This document shows, piece after piece, positions 11,560 through 22,209 of a DNA stretch of 46,110 bases. Made by a program: the position numbers and the translations under genes. Numbering within the stretch: the stretch's first letter is position 1; each line of letters starts with the position of its first letter. The notes beneath the pieces were generated by a model. That model worked only from the letters and a program-made list of their open reading frames with translations, was not told where the DNA came from and did no database searches. Origin of the DNA: Catajapyx aquilonaris (Eukaryota); the NCBI GenBank assembly GCA_000934665.2, contig JYFJ02003126.1, forward strand, positions 1-46,110, given 5' to 3'.

Positions 11560-12750
11560 AAAGCCTCCAGCTCTTCATCACTGGTGTCCTCAGTGAATAC
11601 CAGTGGCTGTACTCGCTCCTCACATGCAACCTCGCTGCTCCAGTCCTCTTCAAACACCCTATTTACATGCTCCACATACTTCCTCCAGTCTTCTGGCTTC
11701 ACACAGGCGATAGCTTCCTCCTATACCGCCCTGGCGTTGGCCTCCCCAAAATTGCTCTGACATGCCACATGACCATTGTACTACCACTTCAACTTGGACC
11801 ATACATTCTCAATTGGATAATAATGGCAGTGGTAAGGGGGAAGCCGCACTACTTCATGGCCTTCCCTCGCCAGCAATTCATCGATTACATATTTCCGGTA
11901 GTGAGGCATGTGGGGGACAGCCAAGGAGTACAGCTCTTTCTTCAGGTGATTACCAGGGGGCAGCAGGTTCTTCTCCTCCAGCCACTTCCGGATCCTCTCC
12001 TTTCGCCACTTCTGGGTGGTCAACTCCTCTTCCTGCGTGGAATGGTAAGCAGCATTGTCCATGACAATAAGGCATCTTGATTTTGGTAGGTTTGGGATGA
12101 GCTGCTCCTTAACCCACCGAAGGAAAGTGTGTCCATTCATGTCCCCATGGTAATCACCTGTAGACCTGCTGGATTGAAAAATCAAGGATGCCCCTTTCAC
12201 AAACCCCTTGCCTCCACCGGCCTCACAGGTGCTTCAGTGTGCTCTCCTTCTTCCCGTCAAACCATGAGCGCCCCGTTTGGCATCCCCGTGAGAACACCCA
12301 CGTCTCATCCAGGTATATCACAGGAAGAGGCAGAGTCAAACTTGCATTCTCATGTATTCGGCGCAGGAAGTTGATCGTCATTGTCACTACGTGCGATTGT
12401 TCCAGCAGGTGGAGTCTTGTGTCCCCCTTCTTCCACCTGAACCCCAACTGTCGAAGGACTATGCGAAGAGACTTCTCACCACCTTTGAAGCCAACATCTT
12501 TTACCAGCGTGAGGATTGACCTCCCAGTTAGTAGAAGTCCCTTCGCATACTCCCCGTAGACGTTCCGCCGGATGGTCCCCCTGGTGAAATTATCTGGAGA
12601 GGTGTTAGGAAAAGAGCGTTTCCTTTTTTTCTCTGGTGTGGACACCTTCTCCCCCTTCCTCACAGTGCCCAAGATGCGGTAAATAGTGCTCACTGCTGTC
12701 CCTGTTGCTGAACGAACCCTATCCTTCATACTGAGACTCATCGCCCGATT
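11560..12750 (-). mobile_element. IS630/Tc1/mariner transposase, near complete, frameshifted
   Basis: YLDETWV, DYHGDMN...IVMDNAAYHS and LPPYHC..PIENVWS spread over ORFs 12223-12900, 11781-12200 and 11499-11702. Confidence 0.9.
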
Positions 12751-12829
12751 ACGACGCGACTTTCGATCAAGACGGGTAGATTCGACAGTTAATACGGTCC
12801 AAATGTCCAATAGACAAAACAAACCGATT

Positions 12830-13010
12830 GATGATATTAGCGAACTTGTACGTCTTGGTGCGAATGTTAATTTCAAGGGAACCGACGGTAAATACACCAT
12901 TACAAGCGGCCATACGTAAATGAAACCGTGGAGTTGTCGCCAAATTAATTAGCTCGGGAGCAGACGCAACAGTAAAAAATCACAAGGGGTACACTGCTAT
13001 GGACCTTGTA
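12830..13010 (+). pseudogene. Ankyrin-repeat gene fragment
   Basis: DDISELVRLGANVNFKGTDG(fs)NTPLQAAIRK*NRGVVAKLISSGADATVKNHKGYTAMDL; one frameshift and one stop. Confidence 0.8.
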
Positions 13011-13099
13011 AAAATGATAAGTGGGGATGACGAGGTGACAGCAAGTCAGCTTTCTTGGCGCTTGTTATTGCCAGTTGCTTGCTGTACAAATGCTGCAGT

Positions 13100-13600
13100 C
13101 CACTGAAACGTCTGGAAACTCCCTGATCGAGCCGTGCGCTTCTGCAAGTCAAGTTGTCTTCCGATTCCAACCTTGTTTGTAAAAGATTTATCGTTGCATC
13201 GACCACAGAAAAGTACTGAATCCTAAAAGGGAAAGCATTTAAGCGTTTTAATATGTTTATTTTTCATGAGTAATGCCATCTACATGTATCGCTTTTGGTT
13301 AATGCTACTGTTAGAGGTCAGATGATCTGATGCATGTTAGTCAAATGGGTGGCTGTGTGGCGTGTGCTGCAGCCTACCTTACCTGAAGAATTCTTCCGTG
13401 GTGGTGGGACTTTCTATGAGCAGCCCTGTTTTCTCATAAATCCGATGAAATTCCTCTTCTGTACGTAGCAGCTTTAATGGGCTCAAAACTGTGCGTACAG
13501 CACTCTTCGCTCCTGGTACTGTTTTAGTACAGCATTGCAGTGCTTTGCTCATATTGTCAAGCAATTCCATTACTTCTGACACAATTAAGCCCAAAATAAT
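13100..13600 (-). mobile_element. hAT (ZMYM/Tip100-like) transposase fragment retaining an intron
   Basis: LDNMSKALQ...AVRTVLSPLKLLRTEEEF...EEFFR, then CAG|GTAAG donor (~13382) and CTTTTAG|G acceptor (~13223), then IQYFSVVDATINLLQTR. Confidence 0.7.
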
Positions 13601-13779
13601 TTCGTCGCTTCTCATGCGGGAAACAATACGTGTCGTCCTCCCCGGAGTCATCATCCACAGGAGGTACGCCAACCACCTTCCCCTGCTCCTGCTGATGAAG
13701 TTGGGCGACGGGCTGTTAGGCTGGTGGTACCTCCGCCACCGGTTGTTGAGGTCCCTCCTCCAGAGAGTCCTCACCATCC

Positions 13780-14900
13780 ACAGGAGGGAGGCCAACCGCA
13801 TCCTTCACTGGTTGTCGAGGTTATGGACGCCCACATCTTTGGTCTTCTTTCGGGTGGCAAGTATCCTAGTCACCACCGTCACCAAACCCAGGATTCCCAA
13901 CACGACTCTGACGATAATCTGCAATACCCACACCTTTACAAAAGCTAGAATTTTATTCCTCTTGAATCCAGCGAGGGCGAACCGAGGACGCAGATACGAA
14001 TTTCATTCACTTCCAAAGTTTCCATCTCCTACATCAAATGTATGTGCTGCACGAGCACTTTCAATTACCGGAACATACTTATTGTATTACTTGTTTAGGT
14101 CATAATCGTTGCACTTGAACTCGTGACTGACACACTGACCGAATCCCTCCAGAGCCAGGTCAACCTGATTGCCGTACTGTGCCAGTTTGCTTAGATCATA
14201 GCGAGATTTGAGTTGGAATGTCCACCTGGTGTATGTGCTCAGCAGATAGTCCCCACGACCCAGTTTTGAATACACTCCATTAGTGATCACTGGTGGTCCG
14301 ATGTCATTCTTTTCTTGACTGTATTCGATCTATTGATTCTCGCTAGTTGTTATTATGTAAAATGACTCGTCGCATCTGAAGTATGAATTCCCATGGTGAG
14401 TCATGCTGACTTCCACTCTCGCCTCAATTAGCCCAAGGCTTATGTGATCCACCACCCACTGGTTTTTGGAGTAAAATTTAAGTCCAACCGCATCCAACTT
14501 TTCTGAATGGATGCCCAAAAACCCACATATTTGCAATGTACATGACAAGATGGTCAGAAATGATGCCCATATGTCATAGATGCCGAAACATGAATGTAAC
14601 CTCAGCAAAGTTGGCTCTGCTGTTTTCTTCCGACTCTTCACTCTTTTAATTGCTACAATCGATGCCTTTGCATTTTATGTGTTTGCTATGCAAAGTATTG
14701 AAGGTTAATTCGTCTGGTTTTGGTCCTCTCTTTCCTGCAGTCGTATTCTTAGATTCGGCCGTCTCTTTACACTGCAGGTCTAGGTTGGCCTGCATCTGTG
14801 CTAGGTTCGTGCCCATGTTGTGCAAAAACATTGGTTATACGTCCTTGTATTCAGTCAAGTGTCATTGGTTTCTTTGGGTACATTGTTCAGAAGCCTGCAA
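13780..14900 (-). pseudogene. Endogenous rhabdovirus-like glycoprotein G1, copy A (internally deleted)
   Basis: TNVFAQH...YDCRK fusion-loop-like region, Cys-rich body, C-terminal TM segment VKVWVLQIIVRVVLGILGLVTVV followed by RKK; stops and frameshifts. Confidence 0.6.
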
Positions 14901-15639
14901 CAACTGATGTATCTCTTCGAAGGGACTATAATATCCTAGTGTAGTATGTAATGGTAGGAGAAACAAATATTATTCGTTTATGTATTTTCTTACCATGTCA
15001 TGCACCAGGAAAGAGGAAAGTTCTGCAAAAATTCGCACGCAATTTTTCCAAAATGTGAGGGGCAGTATATTGTACAGGGTCTCAATGACAAAGTATCCTT
15101 CCTATAATATGAAGATGTGTTGTATTTGACCAGTAAATTAATGCATATTACATGCAGGCAGTGTTAGTTACTGCTAGGAATTTGATTCTCAATTCCTGAA
15201 TGTAATGACACAAGGTTTCCATTATTATTAATAAATAATACGTAATACTACATGCTTGTGAGAAGAATGGCCTATCAATGGGCTGGCTCACCCACTGCTG
15301 TTCAATCCAGGGCCTACTGCCGATGATGTGGTTGTCGATGATGGACTTATTTATTGATGAGATTGGACCACAAGTTTGTGTTACGTGGTCTTAGAGCCAA
15401 GGGCCCTCCTTGTGTATTACTCTGCGGGACAACACGTATTCGATGTCCGTAGAGTGAGACGACACCAAAATGAGGCCAGGCCACTCCTTGTCCTGACTCT
15501 TCTCTAAGGGAAAAGCAGTCCTAAGCTCTGGGTTCAGAGCAAAATCCTGGTTGTACGACAATGGTGTTGGTGTGAGAGGCAGATAGTATGGAGATGAACC
15601 CCCTGCACTTGGACACCGTGACACCACCTGAAGTGTTGT

Positions 15640-16130
15640 AATTCGGGTTTGTCCTATTGTTATGAATTCACACATGGCAGGAATAGTGACTTGCTTTGTC
15701 CACAACACAGCATAGGTTTTTCTCTGATCCCCTGATTTCTCTTCCCTCAAAAATGGCACCTTTTCACCATCTGGCATCACTATGGCCCTATCCGTAAGAG
15801 AAATGTTCAGGTCAAAACTCTGCATGAGTTCAAGTCCTATTAGACCAACACATGGCAAACCCATACTTTCCCTGGGCACCCATATTTCAGCAGACCTGAC
15901 CTTATTCCCTATACGAAAGTTGACAACTGCTTTCCCCGCCATTTTTATGGCCTTTCTAGTCACGCCGACTAAATTGAGAGTGTCATCCGGTGTCAAGGTT
16001 GGAACACTATCCAATTGTTTCCAAGCCTCAATGTCTATCAAAGTGCACCTAGATCCCGTGTCACAAAGCATCTTCTGCCTAATCCCATTTATCTCCACCG
16101 CTACAATATTTTGAAACAACGACAGCATTT
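15640..16130 (-). mobile_element. Gypsy aspartic protease fragment
   Basis: VEINGIRQKMLCDTGSRCTLI...GLIGLELM within ORF 15391-16287. Confidence 0.85.
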
Positions 16131-18043
16131 CAAGAGGCCTTGACTCAACTTTCTCCAAACCATTGTTCCTCACATCTTCCGAGTGATGTTCCCTACTTTG
16201 ACATGGCCTCGGAGCCATAGGAGGAGGGTGCGTATACTCAAAACTAGGAACCTGCACATGTGTTTGTGTCAGTTTTGTCATTCCCACAACTGGAGAAACT
16301 TGAGGTGATGGTGTGTTAGGTGTATCGATCGGTGTTTCTTGCCTGTGATTGTCCGGTATCTTAGCCCTACTCCCCTTTAATCCCCGGTTGAATAAGGAGG
16401 GCAGTCCTCGTTTCCGATCTAGACACTACTGCCATCACTTGTCCAGAAGAGCAGTGCCCACTGTACCTAGGACGTCCTCCCTGTTGAAACCGAAGCTGAG
16501 GCACGTAACTCGTACCAATAGCTTTCGCCCCTACCTTGAGCTGTCACATCGCTCATTTCTGTCATGTTTCCTGGTGGTCCAGCAGAGTATACCTGCCTAA
16601 TGGGTGACTTTACATATGCTTCGTCTTACTCTTCCCTCCCTTCTTTTCTTGTGTACGTTTAGCTTGGCTCTGGCTGCCGCCGTCTCCGGTCACAGCCTTC
16701 TGCTTGCGTGGGCATACCAGCTGGTAGGTCCTGTGTCTCCTAACCCCATAGCGTATTATACGACGGTCTCTTCCCCTTGCATTCTTCACAGCGGTTATTG
16801 CGGAGCTCCTTTCTTCCTCTCTGGTCCTCCCGGAGTCCCTATGGCAACCGACGCAGTAGCCTATTAAGAACTCGTATGTGCAGCTTCACTTTGTAGTCAC
16901 CGTCAAACTCTGCACGAATGGCGTCGATGCACGTGGGTATGTCCCTTGAGGGAACTTTCCTGATTGGTGTTTGATTACCACCCTTGATGGTACTTTTCGG
17001 CTCGTAAGTGGTGTAGACCGGAATGCCAGCGGGGATTCCCTTCTTCCCGGTGCTCGCATTGTTACGTCGTTTTTTTTTTTTTACTATTAGTTTTACTAGC
17101 GGTATTTTTTTACTAATTCGCCCCCTTTAATATCACATGTGGAATAGTTGAAGCACCCAGAAGTGATTAAGTCAGTTTTTCTCCAAATTGCGTTTCTGGC
17201 TTTTTTTGTGGTCCTATTGTATGGAACTATTTTACAGGAGGGAGGCCAGCTGCCTCCTTCACTGGTTGTCGAGGTTATGGACGCCCACATCTTTGGCCTT
17301 CTTTCGGGTGGCAAGTATCCTAGTCACCACCGTCACCAAACCCAGGATTCCCAACACGACTCTGACGATAATCTGCAGTACCCACACCTTTACAAAAGCT
17401 AGAATTTCATTCCTCTTGAATCCAGCGAGGGCGAACCGAGGACGCAGATACGAATTTCATTCACTTCCAAAGTTTCCATTTCCTACATCAAATGTATGTG
17501 CTGCACCAGCACTTTCAATTACCGGAACATACTTATTGTAGTACTTGTTTAGGTCATAATCGTTGCACTTGAACTCGTGACTGACACACTGACCGAATCC
17601 CTCCAGAGCCAGGTCAACCTGATTGCCGTACTGTGCCAGTTTGCTTAGATCATAGCGAGATTTGAGTTGGAATGTCCACCTGGTGCATGTGCTCAGCAGA
17701 TAGTCCCCACGACCCAGTTTTGAATACACTCCATTAGTGATCACTGGTGGTCCGTTGTCATTCTTTTCGTGACTGTATTCGATCTATTGATTCTCGCTAG
17801 TTATTATGTAAAATGACTCGTCGCATCTGAAGTATGAATTCCCGTGGTGAGTCATGCTGACTTCCACTCTCGCCTCAATTAGCCCAAGGCTTGTGAGCCA
17901 CCACCGACTGGTTTTTGGAGTAAAATTTAAGTCCAACTGCATCTAACTTATCTTAATGGATGCCCAAAAACCCACATGTTTGCAATGTACATGACAAGAT
18001 AGTCAGAAATGATGCCCATATGCCATAGATGCTGAAACATTAA

Positions 18044-19055
18044 AGGGACACTCCACTCAAAATGCAAGTTGGGCTCTAAAAATCGGGCAAAAAATCCTGA
18101 TTCCGAAGGTGCAATCGGTTTTTTTCTACGCGGAACAGAAAAGCCAGGACGAGGCGTTAAAGACTCAGAATTTGCGACGTCTGCTAATGAGCTGCCCCGC
18201 CAGCCCAGTCCGCCACCGCCGTGAGCGCCGCCACCGGGCACTAGGCGAAAGTGATACAGTGCTGAAAGTCGGGTCGGGTCAAGAGGTGGCGGGATAAACC
18301 TGTGGGACGGACCAAAGATGGCGCGGACCATGGCGTGGATCAAGATCATCATCATCATCATTTACTTCACGGCAAAATAATCCCATGGAGGGGTAGCCAG
18401 CGGAGTACAGGTTGCCCCTGTCCCCCTCGTATGACCTACAAAATGACACTGGGAGACTGCTGTCAACAACACCGCCCGTCAGTGACCAGCTGCCCGTCTG
18501 AACAGTCGCAAGTTCTGGGTGTTCCTGCTCCATCATGGCCAATACACCGTCGCCTGGGAGACTGCTGTCAACAACACCGCCCGGTGAGATAGAGTCTGCC
18601 TGGGGGATTGGTTGTTTACGTCGCCCCTGTCAACACTCCTGTCAGTGACCAGCTGCCCGTCTGAACAGTCGCAAGTTCTGGGTGTTCCTGCTCCATCATG
18701 GCCAATACACCGTCGCCTCCGTTCAGCTCACTAGTTGTTTACATTGTATGAGTGTACGTTTTGTGTATATGTGTTCATATCATTTATATCATATTCATCC
18801 TTTTCATTAACCCTCTGCGTGGCCTGACCATCCACCAGAGTGGATCAAGATGGCGCAAGAATATCCAAATTTCTGCCCAGTCCCGGGCAGTCCCGGAGGA
18901 GGCGCTGCTGTTTTGCGCCAGATTCGAATTGCCTAACTTTGACGGCTCGCTCTGGCCTTACCGTTCGTCTCTCAGAAAAACTGCTGATACACTCGGAATC
19001 AGGATTTCTTGCCCGATTTTTAGAGCCCAACTTGCATTTTGAGTGGAGTGTCCCT
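18044..19055. mobile_element. Non-autonomous Kolobok-type element (TTAA TSD)
   Basis: TTAA|AGGGACACTCCACTCAAAATGC...GTGTCCCT|TTAA; about 63-bp TIRs with one mismatch; the homologous site in G1 copy A (~14591) is empty. Confidence 0.85.
18449..18718. repeat. Internal tandem duplication (~107-bp unit) in the Kolobok element
   Basis: CTGGGAGACTGCTGTCAACAACACCGCCC and GTCAGTGACCAGCTG...ACACCGTCGCC each occur twice. Confidence 0.85.
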
Positions 19056-19499
19056 TTAATGTAACCTCAGCAAAGTTGGCTGTGCTGTTTTCTTCCGACT
19101 CTTCACTCTTTTAATTGCTACAATCGATGCCTTTGCAATTAAGGCAGATCGCCGAGCATGGCATACCAGCACGTTTGCAGCCGCAATTTCTAATGCAACC
19201 TCTCGTACGACTCTCACTTCACCAGACGTAATTATGTCATTGATTGTAAATACGACATTGTCAATAACTACATTATTTACCACCAGGCCTGTTTCTCCCA
19301 TGAGCTCCTCACTTATGCCTGCGAGAGTTACCGTTGAAATCCTATCCCGTAGGTGCTGGATGGGTCTTTACACCACACACATTGTTCTTGATGATTCACA
19401 TAAAAAGTCTCCTCATCCACGAAACAGACCTGCCGTAGGAGAGTTTCATTTGTTCGGCGTGCCCAGTGTGCGAAGTCTTTAATGGGAAGTTTCGCTATG

Positions 19500-19620
19500 C
19501 CCCTCCAGAAGCCGTTTCTCCCTCCCTCTGATGCCGCTTATGCAAGTGGAACCTCTCAACAATTGCCGACGGCTTCGGCACATAGTGCTTGTTGAGCGCT
19601 GCTATCATCGTATTTCCGCC
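19500..19620 (-). mobile_element. Gypsy gag fragment
   Basis: ALNKHYVPKPSAIVERFHLHKRHQREGET. Confidence 0.75.
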
Positions 19621-19860
19621 TACTGGAACTTGCATAATATCTGCAGGAGACTCACTGGTTTGAGGCGCATTCTGGATACCAGATGGCCCAGCTACAGGTC
19701 CTGCTAAGTGCGCCAATGAAGCTCCGTGATGTAGAGCTAGTAGGATTGTCGAGTGAGCAATTCAGTTGTGGTTCGGGCAATTGCCTTTCTCTTGTGCAGA
19801 CGCTATGAACTCATGTTCCGGGAAAATATTTGGATTGCAGGAATTGAAATAGGAATTGCA

Positions 19861-20452
19861 ACTTAAAATTTACTCCAAAAACCAGTCGGTGGTGGCTCAC
19901 ATAAGCCTTGGGTTAATTGAGGCGAGAGTGGAAGTCAGCATGACTCACCATGGGAATTCATACTTCAGATGCGACGAGTCATTTTACATAATAACAACTA
20001 GCGAGAATCAATAGATCGAATACAGTCAAGAAAAGGATGACAACGGACCACCAGTGATCACTAATGGAATGTATTCAAAACTGGGTCGTGGGGACTATCT
20101 GCTGAGCACATACACCAGGTGGACATTCCAACTCAAATCTCGCTATGATCTAAGCAAATTGGCACAGTACAGCAATCAGGTTGACCTGGCTCTGGAGGGA
20201 TTCGGTCAGTGTGTCAGTAACGAGTTCAAGTGCAACGATTATCACCTAAACAAGTACTACAATAAGTATGTTCCGGTAAATTGAACGTGCTCGTGCAGCA
20301 CATACATTTGATGTAGGAGATGGAAACTTTGGACGTGAATGAAATTCGTATCTGCGTCCTCGGTTCGCCCTCGCTGGATTCATGAGGATAAAATTCTAGC
20401 TTTTGTAAAGGTGTGGGTACTGCATATTATCGTCAGAGGCGTGTTGGGATCC
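19861..20452 (+). repeat. Inverted duplicate of the G1 C-terminal region (copy C)
   Basis: Reverse complement of ~13891-14483 and ~17345-17933; ORF 20054-20284 matches ORFs 14087-14290 and 17457-17744. Confidence 0.95.
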
Positions 20453-21339
20453 CTTACTTCGTTGTTACCACCAAAAAGAAATCACCCATGTTCATATTGG
20501 GGCTGTCACTGGAAAAATACATGTCGAGGTATTTGATGATGCGCCAGTGTTTTTTAATTCTTGGGCGCAATTAATGGGTGTCTCGAGGTGCAAATTACTT
20601 TGCTACTGGCATGTAGATTGTGCCTGGCAGGGAGCACCAATTTCCACTCGCAATTTAGCCACTTATAAGTTCATGGCCGGAGAATGCTCCTCGTGAAACC
20701 TTTTATCGTGCAGACCGATTAGTCGACGTAGCGATCAACAAAAGAGTTGCTCTTTCCTTGAAAAGTCAAAAGCTGTGTCCATTGATACGCTGAACAAATT
20801 CATTCCTTCAGGCCCTTCTGAATTTCATCCTTATAGTAACACGAGCCACAGCATGAAGCAACTGGTTTTGCCTTTTTCATGTCAGGAAATTGCATTTTAT
20901 GTGTTTGCTATGCGAAGTGTGAGTGGCTCACTGAACAAACAACTTGGCAGGTTGGAAGTCCAGGAGTGGCCTCCACTCTTAGTTGTGCTGAAGTGGCAAG
21001 ATTGAAATAAAATGTGTGGTTGATTCAAAACAAACTCTAATTATTATTCAGTTCCTTGTTACATTTGAACTTAGTACAATGGTCAATGGGTGTAATTCTC
21101 TTCACACTCTTACGCTCGCTCTTCCTTCCTCACGGAAGCGCCACCTTGAGTTGAGGGTCGCCATCTTGAAACTTGGGTCTCGACGCAACTAATTATTTGG
21201 GTGGGGCATTACATCTGTTTGTATTAAGGTGACTGGATCACCATCGCAGCCTACCCAATGCCACTTCGGCACACCCCTGAAGTTTCCTACCCTGCCTCTT
21301 GGCGGAGATGAGCGATTTTGAAATAAAAAGAGGGTCAAG

Positions 21340-21772
21340 ATGTCGTACATGCTCCCTCACCTCCACAACGGATGGCAGGTCGACCAGGCCATCCTGTCTG
21401 AGGAGGACAGGGTCGTGGTGATCCGGTATGGACACGACTGGGATCCAACCTGCATGAAGATGGACGAGGTGCTGTACTCCATCGCTGAGAAGGTGAAGGA
21501 GTTTGCCGTCATCTTCCTGGTGGACATCACAGAAGTGCCGGACTTCAACAAAATGTACGAGCTGTACGACCCATGCACGGTCATGTTCTCCTTCCGCAAC
21601 AAGCACATCATGATCGATCTTGGCACTGGAAACAACAATAAGATCAACTGGCCCTTGGAGGACAAGCAGGAAATGATCGACATTGTCGAGACCGTCTATC
21701 GAGGAGCGAGAAAAGGTCGAGGTCTGGTCGTGTCCCCGAAAGACTACTCCACAAAGTACAGACTACAGATAC
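21340..21772 (+). pseudogene. TXNL4A: Intronless Dim1/TXNL4A (U5 snRNP 15-kDa) copy, probable retrocopy, stop codon lost
   Basis: MSYMLPHLHNGWQVDQAIL...SPKDYSTKYR at full length; substitutions at normally invariant sites (IRYG, KEFAVIF, MFSF); a TACAGA-C-TACAGA duplication shifts the end so the ORF runs on to 21945. Confidence 0.9.
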
Positions 21773-22209
21773 TGGGCGTGTGCAAGCATGACCTCACCTC
21801 CGCCATGGGTTGGCGTGGCATTGCAGTACCGCCAGGATCGGCCCACCTCTACTTCCAGGAGGAGAGGACACAAACAAATCAAAAAACAATCGAAAAACCA
21901 CCCTCCCAGCATCCCAGGGAATGGTTTAATCCGAATTCGGATTAAAATGACTCCTTTCTCGGCCAAATTGTCTCAAATAAATCCGGGCCTGATTTACAAG
22001 TTATTTCCTCTGGTTTGGTCCTCCATTTCCTGCAGTCGTATTCTGAGATTCGGCCGTCTCTGTACACTGCAGGTCTAGGTTCGCCTGCATCTGTGCTAGG
22101 TTCGTGCCGATGTTGTGCAAAAACATTGGTTAGGCTGGCAGTACTCCTGTTGACATGAGAGGCCCTCGTTCCACACACTTCAAAATGGCCGCCTTGGCGC
22201 CCACTATCT

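Larger units (their letters stand above)
17234..22132 (-). pseudogene. Glycoprotein G1 copy B, split into four colinear pieces (22132-21945, ~20918-20760, ~19480-19056, 18043-17234)
   Basis: Each piece shares near-identical DNA with copy A, and the pieces occur in the same order as in copy A. Confidence 0.65.

Noticed and set aside
13491..14105. 204-aa plus-strand ORF
   Set aside because: Antisense shadow spanning unrelated hAT and G1 fragments.
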